Origin: a virus
Direction: 5' to 3' (one strand)
DNA length: 64,000 nt
Virus record (IMG/VR): IMGVR_UViG_3300045135_000745
Location: 1 to 64,000 of that record
A program made the position numbers and the translations under genes. Every line of letters begins with the position of its first letter. Positions within the stretch are counted from its first letter, which is position 1. The notes below the pieces were generated by a model. That model had not been told where the DNA came from. It worked only from the letters and a program-made list of their open reading frames with translations, and searched no databases. Below, piece by piece: positions 9,318-18,984 of this stretch.

Positions 9318-10252
9318 TGGATCTGTACCTCACTCATAATTTCTGTCATACAAGCCACTAGGTTAAGTTCATGGTCTGCGACGAATGCTGATTTGTACTG
9401 ATAGTCAGCAAGAATAAGGACGAGCTGTGGAATAGACTGTGGCTGTACTTTCTCGTACATCTGATCGTAGATACCACGGATAATAGCTGTGGTATCAATG
9501 TCCATATGATTAACTACCCACTTACGCATGCTCTTAAAGTCTTTGGAGCGAAGAGCGGTAAAAAGATCATCAAAGCCAGTTACAGTAGCATAGGTAACAG
9601 TACCAGTAATACCACCACTGCTGCTACCCCAGCGCTGTCCTTCGTTTAGTACACGACGCCAATCCGGTGCGTGCTTCATAATAAGATCTGCAACAGCTTT
9701 CTTCTCATACGTTACACCTTCATCCTCAAGGATAGTGGTAAAGCGGTCAAAGAAAGATCCTGCAAGACCCGCGATTTCTGTCTTAGTAGCATTGAACTCG
9801 TACACGCCACACCGGCTGTGTAGTGGTTCGATGATACGGTTCTTAAAGTTACAGGTAAGAATAAATCGGCAGTTGTCTGAAAACTGTTCGATAAAACCAC
9901 GGAGCGCTGGCTGTGTAGACTGTGGATTTAGATAATCTGCTTCGTCCAAGATGATTACTTTGTAACCACCTGAAAAGGAAACCGTGGAGGCAAACTGTTT
10001 AATCTTACCACGAAGCGTATCGATGTTGCCTTCTTCGGATCCATTGATAATGATGTAGTCTAAGCCCAGTTCATTACACAGTGCCTTTGCTACCGTGGTT
10101 TTACCGAGACCGGCAGTGCCGGTGAACAACATATTCTGTAGCTCACCGCCATCTACCATACTCTGAAACACATCCTTTAGTCGGGTCGGCAGGATAGTTT
10201 CAGCGATTGTTTTAGGACGATATTTTTCTACCCATAAAAAGTCTTTAGACAT
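9314..10252 (-). CDS. gp44: clamp loader large subunit (AAA+)
   Basis: LWVEKYRP, GTAGLGKTT, IILDEAD, PLHSRC. Confidence 0.96.
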   Translation of the reverse strand: MSKDFLWVEKYRPKTIAETILPTRLKDVFQSMVDGGELQNMLFTGTAGLGKTTVAKALCNELGLDYIIINGSEEGNIDTLRGKIKQFASTVSFSGGYKVIILDEADYLNPQSTQPALRGFIEQFSDNCRFILTCNFKNRIIEPLHSRCGVYEFNATKTEIAGLAGSFFDRFTTILEDEGVTYEKKAVADLIMKHAPDWRRVLNEGQRWGSSSGGITGTVTYATVTGFDDLFTALRSKDFKSMRKWVVNHMDIDTTAIIRGIYDQMYEKVQPQSIPQLVLILADYQYKSAFVADHELNLVACMTEIMSEVQIQ

Positions 10253-10278
10253 AGTAACTCCAGTTCAATTGATTGTTC

Positions 10279-10307
10279 ATTATATAATAGGTTGGAGTGA
10301 TTGTAAA
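10279..10307 (-). promoter_or_regulatory. sigma70-like promoter TTTACA-N17-TATAAT for gp44
   Basis: Near-consensus motif upstream of the RBS. Confidence 0.7.
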
Positions 10308-10311
10308 TAGC

Positions 10312-10497
10312 CTATTCGTCTTTATCTAGTTCAGCTTGTTCACAGAGTGCCATAAGTTGTGCGCACTGATCACGAAGTTGACCGATGGTAGTAAGCTCTT
10401 CGCCACGGAATCCCCCACGTTGTACAATAGTATCAATGACTGCAATTGTACTGCGAGCAATACGGTTAGAAAGATCTGTAATTGGTTGAGTGCTCAT
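10312..10497 (-). CDS. conserved small hypothetical protein
   Basis: RSTIAVIDT..QRGGF.GEEL..IGQLRDQ helical ORF with GGAG RBS. Confidence 0.65.
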   Translation of the reverse strand: MSTQPITDLSNRIARSTIAVIDTIVQRGGFRGEELTTIGQLRDQCAQLMALCEQAELDKDE

Positions 10498-10551
10498 ATT
10501 AAGCTCCGTAAGTTGATGTTTTTTCCAAGGCAATCCAAAAATTTGGATTAT

Positions 10552-10559
10552 TATAAATA
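10552..10559 (+). promoter_or_regulatory. T4-type late promoter TATAAATA driving the HNH gene
   Basis: Exact consensus about 55 nt upstream of the ATG at 10615. Confidence 0.65.
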
Positions 10560-10614
10560 GTTGTGTATCGCGGAACTGCCATTCCCATACACTCTAAACA
10601 TAAAGGAAATAACT

Positions 10615-11085
10615 ATGTCCAGCAAAAGTAAATATCATTGGCATCATATTGTCCCTAAACATGTTGGAGGAAGTGATGATCCCTCTAACCTTATATATCT
10701 TTCTATAGAAGATCACGCCGAAGCTCATAAAGTTCTTTATGAAAAATATGGTAGATGGCAAGATCTAGTGGCTTGGAAATCATTATCTAAACAAATTACC
10801 CATGCAGAAGCTATAAAAATGTCCCAAAAGTTAAGAGATACTTCTTATATGCAAACAAAAGAATATAAAGAAAAAATCTCTAAAGCAAATAAAGGTAAAA
10901 CTCCTTGGAATAAAAATAAAAAAAATGCCCAATGTTTCGAATCTATATCCGGATCAAATCATTATAGTGCTATAGGATGTACATTTAAAGGTAAAACCTA
11001 TAAAACTATAAAAGATGCAATGAAAGATACTGGCCTAAGCAAATACAAATTAGACCAGCACCCAGATTTTATACGCCATAAGTAG
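10615..11085 (+). mobile_element. free-standing HNH homing endonuclease with NUMOD3-like DNA-binding motif
   Basis: HHIVPKHVGGSDDPSNLI.L..EDHAEAH; KEKISKANKGKTPWNK; opposite strand, AT-rich, overlaps the gp45 3' end. Confidence 0.85.
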
Positions 11086-11758
11086 ACGACTTCTCTAAAG
11101 CTATCCAATAATTTACATTCTTTTCTGTGTGTGTAAATCTGGACATAAGTTTCGAAGATAGACCGACACTGTAGTCACCGGGCAAGATCTTCATGTTCTG
11201 AATATTAATAATGAAGTTAAAGTCTTCACTCTCGTATGTACCCGCCAATTCAATGGTGAATGTATTAGACGTGGCATTCTCTGGATCGAACACAGTAAGT
11301 GCAATGGATCCATCAGCTGCTGTAACAGACACAGATGTATGTCCAAGAGCAGATGCTGCACGTTTGATCTTATTGAGCGTGTCCTGATCAAGGGTAAAGC
11401 TTACCTCGAAATCATTCATCGCAGATGCTTTTTCAAGCATAGATGGATTCGGTGCGGTAAGCATATCGGTGTCTGTGAAGAAATACTTGATCTTGGATCG
11501 ACCAGTAGCATCACCAACAACCGCGTATTTTTCTTCGATCTTGATCTGTGGTTCGTCCACAAGAGATAGTACACCAAGGAACTCATTGAGATCATAGATG
11601 CCAAAGTCCGAGGGAAGATCCATATCAATGGTAGCGCTGGACAAGATGTTGCGTGCCTCAGAGATCGTAGATACAACATTACCTGTCTGGAATACGATGT
11701 TACTGTTGATCCCAGAGAAGTTTTTAAGCACTTGTGTAGTGTATTCTGTAAGTTTCAT
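11069..11758 (-). CDS. gp45: sliding clamp
   Basis: MKL...LKNFSGIN, FGIYDLNEFL, YWIALE. Confidence 0.95.
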   Translation of the reverse strand: MKLTEYTTQVLKNFSGINSNIVFQTGNVVSTISEARNILSSATIDMDLPSDFGIYDLNEFLGVLSLVDEPQIKIEEKYAVVGDATGRSKIKYFFTDTDMLTAPNPSMLEKASAMNDFEVSFTLDQDTLNKIKRAASALGHTSVSVTAADGSIALTVFDPENATSNTFTIELAGTYESEDFNFIINIQNMKILPGDYSVGLSSKLMSRFTHTEKNVNYWIALEKSSTYGV

Positions 11759-11783
11759 AGTTCATCCTCTTCATGATGTAGAT

Positions 11784-11812
11784 ATTATAACACAGTTTAA
11801 GCTGCTTGTAAA
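11784..11812 (-). promoter_or_regulatory. sigma70-like promoter TTTACA-N17-TATAAT for gp45
   Basis: Near-consensus motif. Confidence 0.7.
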
Positions 11813-13533
11813 CCGTAGTTTTTCATTTGGCTGAAATTTTTCTCTTTAAAGAATTCTAGCTTGTTTTTAAACTTATTCTCTAGGATCTCGCCCTTATGAG
11901 AAATAACAAACACATTGCTGTCATCGTCAAGTGAGTACAGAATCTTCATAAGATTTTCTACACCGTCGTGGTCCAGTGACGAATCAAATGTCTCGTCCAG
12001 CACCAGTAAGTTAGTAGCAACCGAATTTTTCATCTTAGCGATCTGGCGCCATGTAAACAGTAATGCTAGGTCGATACGTTGCTTTTCACCCTCAGAGAAT
12101 GAATCATAGGAGAATGCATCACGGTGGCGTGACTTAATAGTTTCTTGAAAGCTTTCGTCTAAATTGAAATGCACAAAGAAATCCAGGATCTGTAGGTACT
12201 TGTTTACAAGGTTGTTAATAACAGGCACGTATTGTTTGATCACCTTGGTCTTGATGCCTGTGTCCTTCAGCATCTCGCTCATTACAGTGTTGTAAGACTG
12301 TTCTTCATTTAACTTAAGGCGTTCTTCCATAAACCGATCTTTATCAGTAGTCATCTCGCCAAGCTCTTCGTTCGCTCGCGCGAGGTCACCCGTGCGCGAA
12401 GAAAGTCTAGTAATATCATCATTAAGACTCTTAATGGTGTTTTGAAGTCGTGCCACGGTTTGGCTGTTAGACTGGATAAGACTTTGCTTTTTACGAATAG
12501 CTTCAGCTGACTCGTTGAACTGTGTAATCGTATCCTCTACAACGTGTGCTTCTTCATCTACTTTTTGGATACCATCTCGTAAAGCAGCGGCTCTTTCCTT
12601 CGCGGCTTGTAACTTGGTTTGACGTAATTCTTCGGCAATTTCTTGTTCACACGTCGGGCATGATTGAGTATCTTCATAGAACTTTGCATCCTTAACCACT
12701 GATTTAATGGAAGATGAAAAATCGGCTTTAAATTGTAGGAGAGAGTGGCGACGGTCATGGGCCTTTTTAAGGGCTTCTTCTGTTTTACCACTTTCTTGTT
12801 CGATGAAAGTGGATGCCTCTGCAGACGCGTTGATAAGTTCCGCGATCTCTTTTTCGGTTTGAATGATCTGATCTTTTTTCGCATTAATCTCCTCCTCATT
12901 CATAGCAGTAATATCACGGATGTACTTACGCTGCGAATCAATCTGATTCTTCTTAAGATCTAGCTGATACGAAATATCTTTTTGCTTCTCTTTTACGATA
13001 GCATTCTTTTCCTTAATAAGGGTGTTCATTTTAGAAAAGACATTAATGTCCAGAAGATCCTCGATCACCTCACGTCGATGTTGTGCACTCAACTGCATGA
13101 AAGGAATAAAGGAAGAACTACCAAGAACAACGATCTGGTGAAAGCTTTTATGGTTAAGCTTCAGGATGTTTTGTTCGAGAATCTTCTGGTACTCGAGAGC
13201 TTTGGAATCTTGGTTGATGAGATTACCATTTTTCCAAATCTCGAAGATCTGTGGCTTAAGGCCACGTACAATCTTAAACTCAGCACTGCCAACTTGAAAT
13301 ACAATCTCTACAAGACAATTCTTATTGTTGATTGTATTAACGAGCTGGGGCTTATTAATATTACGGTGTGCCTTACCAAACAGTGCATACGACATAGCAT
13401 CCAGTAAGGTAGACTTACCAGCACCGTTGTGACCAACGATGAGTGTGGACTTATGGCTAGTAAGATTGATCTCAGTCCAGTTGTCACCGGTGCTCATGAA
13501 GTTGCGCCAGCGTAATGTTTTAAATATAATCAT
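11797..13533 (-). CDS. gp46: recombination nuclease ATPase subunit (Rad50/SbcC-like)
   Basis: GHNGAGKS Walker A, CPTC hook, FSEGEKQR signature, LDE. Confidence 0.96.
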   Translation of the reverse strand: MIIFKTLRWRNFMSTGDNWTEINLTSHKSTLIVGHNGAGKSTLLDAMSYALFGKAHRNINKPQLVNTINNKNCLVEIVFQVGSAEFKIVRGLKPQIFEIWKNGNLINQDSKALEYQKILEQNILKLNHKSFHQIVVLGSSSFIPFMQLSAQHRREVIEDLLDINVFSKMNTLIKEKNAIVKEKQKDISYQLDLKKNQIDSQRKYIRDITAMNEEEINAKKDQIIQTEKEIAELINASAEASTFIEQESGKTEEALKKAHDRRHSLLQFKADFSSSIKSVVKDAKFYEDTQSCPTCEQEIAEELRQTKLQAAKERAAALRDGIQKVDEEAHVVEDTITQFNESAEAIRKKQSLIQSNSQTVARLQNTIKSLNDDITRLSSRTGDLARANEELGEMTTDKDRFMEERLKLNEEQSYNTVMSEMLKDTGIKTKVIKQYVPVINNLVNKYLQILDFFVHFNLDESFQETIKSRHRDAFSYDSFSEGEKQRIDLALLFTWRQIAKMKNSVATNLLVLDETFDSSLDHDGVENLMKILYSLDDDSNVFVISHKGEILENKFKNKLEFFKEKNFSQMKNYGLQAA

Positions 13534-14591
13534 GCTATTTCCAGCGCCTGTGCTTCAGTCAATAGGTTACGCATATTCAATTTTAGCTTATCCTTATCCA
13601 AATCCGTATCCACTGCATCCACATAATCGTCGAGCATCTCTGCAGTGTCTTCCACAGATACGGCTTCATCCTCTACATTTTCGCCCATGAACTCGTTAAA
13701 GTTCTCGGCGATTTTAAGATCGTGAATCTTTTCATGCTGTATTCTATCGATAAATCGGTCGAATGTAAATAGGTCAGACTTATTAATAACAACAACTTTT
13801 ACAAATTTACCCTCGAGATAGCTAGTATCGTGCATGCTATAATCATATTTGCTATCATCATAATTGATGCGTTCAAAAAGTGTGTAAGGGTTTACAATCT
13901 TTTCTAGCTCACGGGTTGCCGTGTCAAGTACATGAAATCCCTTTTCATCACCACAGTCATTCCAGGTAAACTCCATCTGGGTGCCAAGATAATGAATGTT
14001 ATCCTGTTGTGAGCCAACATGGAAGTGGCCCGAAAGCACTTTTTCAAAGCGGGAGAATATTTTATGATTAAGCCCATGATGGGATTGTACGCCACGTAGA
14101 ACATCGAAGCCCTGTAGTTCTAGGTGTCCGCCGAGCCAATCTGCTTTACATGTATTAATAAACTCCATAGAATGTTCTTCATTCTCTTGACAAATCCAAG
14201 GGAGCAACGCCAGTTTGAATCCATTTAGATCCAGAACTGTTGGTTCCATATGAATAGTAATCTCACCCATATAGTGACCAAGCAACTCTTTGAGTGCATT
14301 GAGTTCGTTAGTGTTCTTATAGAATGTATCATGGTTGCCAGGAATTACATCCATATGGATATGGTGTTTTCTTAGATTAGCAAGGAAAGACTTTCTAAAA
14401 CGATATAGAGCTTTAAAATTAATAAACTTTCGATTATCGAAAACATCACCAAGATGTACGATACGTTTAATACCATGTTCGACCAAATAAGGAAAGAAAA
14501 CATCGTTATAAAATTTCTCTGCATTATCTAGAAATATATCAGAGCTGTTGCGAATTCCCGCGTGGGTATCCGAAATAATTGCTACCTTCAT
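13530..14591 (-). CDS. gp47: recombination nuclease subunit (Mre11/SbcD-like)
   Basis: SDTH, HLGDVFD, GNHD, SGHFH. Confidence 0.96.
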   Translation of the reverse strand: MKVAIISDTHAGIRNSSDIFLDNAEKFYNDVFFPYLVEHGIKRIVHLGDVFDNRKFINFKALYRFRKSFLANLRKHHIHMDVIPGNHDTFYKNTNELNALKELLGHYMGEITIHMEPTVLDLNGFKLALLPWICQENEEHSMEFINTCKADWLGGHLELQGFDVLRGVQSHHGLNHKIFSRFEKVLSGHFHVGSQQDNIHYLGTQMEFTWNDCGDEKGFHVLDTATRELEKIVNPYTLFERINYDDSKYDYSMHDTSYLEGKFVKVVVINKSDLFTFDRFIDRIQHEKIHDLKIAENFNEFMGENVEDEAVSVEDTAEMLDDYVDAVDTDLDKDKLKLNMRNLLTEAQALEIA

Positions 14592-15190
14592 TTAAAGATT
14601 TCTCCAAGGTCGGAGTCAGAACTATTGGCTGCCATATCACGTTTTTTACGTTCTTTCTTTTTTTCTTCTTTTGCAATAGAATCAAAGTACGTATCTTTTT
14701 CTTTCAGCTGGTCGATCTTACCCTTAAGCTGATCAACAAACATATGTGCAGCTGCAATAGAAGCTTCATCTGCGTCTGCTAGAGCAAAGTCATCAAATGG
14801 ACTTTGGGAAATATACTTCATCTTAATATCTTGCTGCTTTTTTTCTTTCGCAATACGACGAAGGAAAGCATACCAGCAGATCTGAGTAAAGTATGCAAAG
14901 GCGTTAGGATTACCTGAGCGGGTAGCTGCTTCAATGTTGTAATTGTGAATGGCTTTTAAGCAGTTCTCAATGGCATCCATAACCATTTCTTCCCGGTAGG
15001 TGTACCGGATAAAGTTAGATTTATGAGAAAGGCCTTCAGCAATCTTCATAAAAGATGTGGCAACGTAGTCAGTGACTTTAGGAATCTCTGTACCATTCGC
15101 TTCGGCCTGTTTCACCGAACGAACATACTCTACAACTGCATTACTGAAGCCACGGTTGTTGACATAATGTGGTTTATCTTTAGGCTTCAT
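14588..15190 (-). CDS. gp55: late transcription sigma factor
   Basis: HYVNN, NFIRYTYREEMVMD, NAFAYFTQI..AFLRRI.KEKKQ. Confidence 0.95.
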   Translation of the reverse strand: MKPKDKPHYVNNRGFSNAVVEYVRSVKQAEANGTEIPKVTDYVATSFMKIAEGLSHKSNFIRYTYREEMVMDAIENCLKAIHNYNIEAATRSGNPNAFAYFTQICWYAFLRRIAKEKKQQDIKMKYISQSPFDDFALADADEASIAAAHMFVDQLKGKIDQLKEKDTYFDSIAKEEKKKERKKRDMAANSSDSDLGEIFK

Positions 15191-15215
15191 AATATACTCC
15201 TAGCATATATTTCCT

Positions 15216-15244
15216 ATTCTAACATAGGATCAGAGGATTGTAAA
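15216..15244 (-). promoter_or_regulatory. sigma70-like promoter TTTACA-N17-TAGAAT for gp55-47-46
   Basis: Motif upstream of the AGGAG RBS. Confidence 0.65.
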
Positions 15245-15271
15245 TAAAAATTATTTTGCTTTTTTATCATT

Positions 15272-15306
15272 TAGGGGGTTTACATATCTGTAAATTCCGG
15301 TATAAT
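15272..15306 (+). promoter_or_regulatory. TAGGGGG-TTTACA-N16-TATAAT promoter-like element with no cognate gene (antisense)
   Basis: Same element as at 18703 and 37271. Confidence 0.5.
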
Positions 15307-15336
15307 ATAAAAGACTTTTATGGGAGGGTCGATATA

Positions 15337-15744
15337 TTAGTGTAATTTCGGTTTGAACTTGATAATCCGTTCGTCTTTTTTTTTATCCTCGTCTTCCATT
15401 TTATCGAGGAAGTCTTCTGTCGTTTGAGGTTGATCTTCCCGATCTTCTTTCTGAAAGATCTCGATATGTTTTACATATTGATCTATTACTTTCTGATGTG
15501 GATTCGTAATGCATATTACAGAATCTGTATTAAGTAATAGGATATGAGAAGTATCGTAAACATGCATCATAAAAGGTCTAAAGGTATAATACCTAAATCC
15601 ATTCTCAAAATCTTCCTGAGAGATTAAACTATAAGCTGCCCGTATAACAAACACTTCGCCTTCTTCTTCTGTGTACTGCACATCAACAAGATCGCAAAGA
15701 ATTTCTTCTCCACCAAATAACTTCATCTGTTTCACGTTAGTCAT
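15337..15744 (-). CDS. conserved hypothetical protein downstream of uvsW
   Basis: KL..GEEI N-terminus typical of the ORF following uvsW in T4-like phages; ATGA coupling. Confidence 0.7.
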   Translation of the reverse strand: MTNVKQMKLFGGEEILCDLVDVQYTEEEGEVFVIRAAYSLISQEDFENGFRYYTFRPFMMHVYDTSHILLLNTDSVICITNPHQKVIDQYVKHIEIFQKEDREDQPQTTEDFLDKMEDEDKKKDERIIKFKPKLH

Positions 15745-17243
15745 TTAAGATCCACTTCATAGATTTTATAATCGAATTCCTGTTTAACGTACATTTTTAC
15801 TCGTTCTGCTGAGTGCTCTAGTGTGTAGTTCTTACGACCTTTCCAATGTAAATCATCAGCAATGTCGTATAGTTTAGCTATTGATCCGTCATCTGATTTT
15901 CTGAGTCCTCGTCCGATAGATTGTAGAACTCTGATTTGAGACTTGGACGGGGATGCAAATACGATATTATGCAGATTACGAATATTAATCCCAGTGGAGA
16001 AAGTGCCAAGACTAGCAACAATAATTGCATTCTTTTGTCCTTCTACAATCTTACGAATTGCTTCACGATCACTCGTATCAGTATCTCCAGAGACAAAAAA
16101 TACCTTTCTGTTTTCATGTGCTTTATCACGGATTAAATCGAATAGTGGTTTACCGTGCTTTTCTACAAAGTTAAATAGTACAAGAGTATTACCATCAAGA
16201 TCCAAAGCGAGATTAGAAATGAGCTTATTACGAGACTCGTTTCGAACAATGTAATCCAGTTCAGCTTGGTAATCTTGCTTACCCCAGTTTTGACGTACTT
16301 CAAGAGGGTGTTTAAGTAGTAGTACGTTGATCTTAAGCTTAGCAAGGGTATCTTCATCCTGTAGCTTCTTTGTGGTTGTCACATTATATATCTTCCCAAA
16401 AAGCCCCTGTAATACGAGTTCGTGAGTTTGAGAACCGTCGAGTGTACCTGTTGTTCCCCAACGATATTCGGCTTCTTTGCACTTATCCATAATAGTGGTG
16501 AGCGACTTAGATTTGAATCCATGACATTCATCACCAACGACAGCACCAAATTGTTCAAACCATTGCGGCGGAAGTTTATAGATGGATTGCCATGTTGAAA
16601 TGACAATGTCCTTGTCGGTCTGCTTATCTCGTCCAGAATAAATCCTGTGGACGCAGTCTTCGACTGGCATGCCGTAGTCTGCGAAGTCGTTATACATTTG
16701 CTCAACGAGCGAAGTTGTTGGTACAATAACGAGGACTTTCCGTTCTGCCTTCCTGAGAGAAAGCAAATATCTTTGTACGAGTGTGTAGATGATAAGCGAT
16801 TTACCAGATCCCGTCGGTGAGATAAGCACGGCTCTTTTTCTATGTAGTCCTTCACAGACCGCATCAAACTGATAGTCTCGGATTCCAATTGGTTTACCTC
16901 TTGCATGTAGTTCTAATCCATCAATAAAGCTTTTAATTTCATCAGGGTTAATGTCAACAGTAGCATCGGGTCTACCGTAGTAGTTATTATGTTCCACCTC
17001 GATTGTATAATTACGAGGTTTGGCAAACTCTGCAAGGAACGGATATAGACCAACAGGTAGTTCCATTTTTTGGATATTGAATAGGCGGATTTTACCGTCC
17101 CACACCCGGTTCTTATATGCAGGCATGAATTTATAACCGGGTACATAGAAAGAGAAGAATTCACTTAATTCATTCGCTATACCGTAGTCACACGCCACGT
17201 GCATTACAGAATGATTTTTATTTTTTATTTTTAAATTGTTCAT
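15741..17243 (-). CDS. uvsW: SF2 helicase UvsW
   Basis: RDYQ, SPTGSGKS, DECH, TGT, QSIGRGLR. Confidence 0.96.
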   Translation of the reverse strand: MNNLKIKNKNHSVMHVACDYGIANELSEFFSFYVPGYKFMPAYKNRVWDGKIRLFNIQKMELPVGLYPFLAEFAKPRNYTIEVEHNNYYGRPDATVDINPDEIKSFIDGLELHARGKPIGIRDYQFDAVCEGLHRKRAVLISPTGSGKSLIIYTLVQRYLLSLRKAERKVLVIVPTTSLVEQMYNDFADYGMPVEDCVHRIYSGRDKQTDKDIVISTWQSIYKLPPQWFEQFGAVVGDECHGFKSKSLTTIMDKCKEAEYRWGTTGTLDGSQTHELVLQGLFGKIYNVTTTKKLQDEDTLAKLKINVLLLKHPLEVRQNWGKQDYQAELDYIVRNESRNKLISNLALDLDGNTLVLFNFVEKHGKPLFDLIRDKAHENRKVFFVSGDTDTSDREAIRKIVEGQKNAIIVASLGTFSTGINIRNLHNIVFASPSKSQIRVLQSIGRGLRKSDDGSIAKLYDIADDLHWKGRKNYTLEHSAERVKMYVKQEFDYKIYEVDLK

Positions 17244-17260
17244 AATGGTATATATGGTTA

Positions 17261-17268
17261 TATAAATA
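17261..17268 (+). promoter_or_regulatory. T4-type late promoter TATAAATA
   Basis: Exact consensus about 30 nt before the ATG at 17298. Confidence 0.65.
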
Positions 17269-17297
17269 CTACTGCTGTTACATACGGAGGATACAGT

Positions 17298-17651
17298 ATG
17301 CCTATATTAGTTCAAGATGAGTATAAAAATGAAAGCGGAACTACCTATAACACTTTAGAAGAATTTACTGATTTTTTTAATGCCAAGCGCGATTCATTTT
17401 TTACTATTGCTAATTCCTTAAATATTGAAGGATGGGATGGTGAGACTTATTCAGCTTCAGTTGCTAATATAACTACTGAGTCCTTTGATGATGAAGCACA
17501 AGTATATATTAGAGTTACAGAGTGGCCAGATCTGGATACATATAATGCCTATCGAAATGCTGTAACAGAAATGGATTTTGATACAGGCGATCTTGCTAGC
17601 TTAAAAAACGGAACACTAGGTTTAGAAAAAGTAACCACAATTTTGGATTAA
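17298..17651 (+). CDS. acidic hypothetical protein (late-expressed, opposite strand)
   Basis: GGAGG RBS, own late promoter, fills the uvsW-uvsY gap. Confidence 0.75.
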   Translation: MPILVQDEYKNESGTTYNTLEEFTDFFNAKRDSFFTIANSLNIEGWDGETYSASVANITTESFDDEAQVYIRVTEWPDLDTYNAYRNAVTEMDFDTGDLASLKNGTLGLEKVTTILD

Positions 17652-18094
17652 CCACCTGCTTCAAACATACGCCACTTGATCATATTACCTATGGTCTGAT
17701 GCCGCCATTTGATATTATCGACTATTTCTATTAAAGTCTCTACTACGATCTTCCATTGCTGAATCTTAAGTTCCGATCTCTGAATATCAGTATCCGAATC
17801 GTAGTAGTAATCCATCTCCCCTTTCAGTACACGCAGACCTTCGAACGGATCGAACTCCCATCCCCGGGATTCGATCTGTTCTTTTGTCATCTTCCCGTTA
17901 TAGTAGAGCCACTTGTCTTTGAGTAGGGTCTTCTGTTCCATCTCTGCGCGCTTTAGTTGTAGCTTAGCCTCAGATAGCAGCGGTAGGTACTTTGCGTGCA
18001 ACATAGGGGATTGACGAGATGCTTCGTCAAGTGAACTGTTATCGATCTTAGAATCTTTTTCCCACATCTGTAGGATGGTGTCGAGGTACTTCAT
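17648..18094 (-). CDS. uvsY: recombination mediator UvsY
   Basis: W.KDS.ID, LHAKYL, KWLYYNGK, I.WRHQTI.N.IKWR.FEAG. Confidence 0.9.
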   Translation of the reverse strand: MKYLDTILQMWEKDSKIDNSSLDEASRQSPMLHAKYLPLLSEAKLQLKRAEMEQKTLLKDKWLYYNGKMTKEQIESRGWEFDPFEGLRVLKGEMDYYYDSDTDIQRSELKIQQWKIVVETLIEIVDNIKWRHQTIGNMIKWRMFEAGG

Positions 18095-18120
18095 ACTATA
18101 CTCCAAATTGCTTTACTGCA

Positions 18121-18149
18121 ATTATATCACATTAATCGGTAATTGTAAA
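18121..18149 (-). promoter_or_regulatory. sigma70-like promoter TTTACA-N17-TATAAT for uvsY
   Basis: Near-consensus motif with TG extension. Confidence 0.7.
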
Positions 18150-18644
18150 TCCTGTGTAAGCGAACGTGATAGGAAAGGTCACGTACTGTACAGCATCTGC
18201 TGTTGACTGGAAGTTTACTGTACCGATACTAATAGGGAAAGTGTCTTTATATCTGATAGTATCTATCGTGTTATTATGACTACTCAGTACCATAAGACTG
18301 ATATCGTAAGTGGTTACGTCTTCATCGTTAGGATTTAGTGCACTGGGTGTTTTGTATTTGGCCTCTACAGTGCTCTTTAACCATGTGTGCATCTCTTTGT
18401 ACACGTTCATGTTCTCGTCCATGATTGCGTCAATCGTAAGTGTGCCGTACTCTAACTTATCACCAGGAAGCTGTGCGTTGGTACCACGGAAAGGTGCAAC
18501 TGCTGGTGCTACAGAGAGATCGGGATGCTGTACCGATTGTGCAAAGAATTCTAAGTTCTTAAATCTTTTTCGAAGAACTACCACCTTAAAGCCAGTGGGC
18601 TGTAAGAAGTTCTGGGATTCTAATGTAGATTCTGTAGTAGCCAT
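18132..18644 (-). CDS. gp3: tail tube terminator / tail completion protein
   Basis: NFLQPTGFK, EFFAQSV..P, PGDKLEY..L, DENM.VY.E.H.W. Confidence 0.88.
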   Translation of the reverse strand: MATTESTLESQNFLQPTGFKVVVLRKRFKNLEFFAQSVQHPDLSVAPAVAPFRGTNAQLPGDKLEYGTLTIDAIMDENMNVYKEMHTWLKSTVEAKYKTPSALNPNDEDVTTYDISLMVLSSHNNTIDTIRYKDTFPISIGTVNFQSTADAVQYVTFPITFAYTGFTITD

Positions 18645-18668
18645 GATTCATCCTCTGTTGCTTACGTG

Positions 18669-18676
18669 TATTTATA
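18669..18676 (-). promoter_or_regulatory. late promoter TATAAATA for gp3
   Basis: Exact consensus. Confidence 0.7.
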
Positions 18677-18702
18677 TGAAAAAAATCTGAAAAAAATGCA
18701 TT

Positions 18703-18738
18703 TAGGGGGTTTACATTTCAAATGAAAAACCTTATATT
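18703..18738 (+). promoter_or_regulatory. TAGGGGG-TTTACA-N17-TATATT promoter for ORF 18763
   Basis: Upstream of an AAGGAG RBS. Confidence 0.65.
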
Positions 18739-18762
18739 AGTACTATCAAAAGGAGATACAAC

Positions 18763-18984
18763 ATGATGCAGTTCGAAACAACCGGCAACACCTTTACCGC
18801 TACCAACTCTATTAAACCGGTAACCATTCGTATGATGGAAGAAACAGATTTTCTTTTAGACATGCCACAAGGTGATCTCTACAACGATTTCAAAATTGTT
18901 GATCAGTGGTTTGAAACATTCGAAGAAGCCAAACGCTGGGCAGAGACATACGTAGGCATGAAGATAAACACTAAGGACTTTTAA
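18763..18984 (+). CDS. small hypothetical protein (early-type promoter, own terminator)
   Basis: Strong RBS, promoter and terminator form a self-contained unit. Confidence 0.75.
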   Translation: MMQFETTGNTFTATNSIKPVTIRMMEETDFLLDMPQGDLYNDFKIVDQWFETFEEAKRWAETYVGMKINTKDF

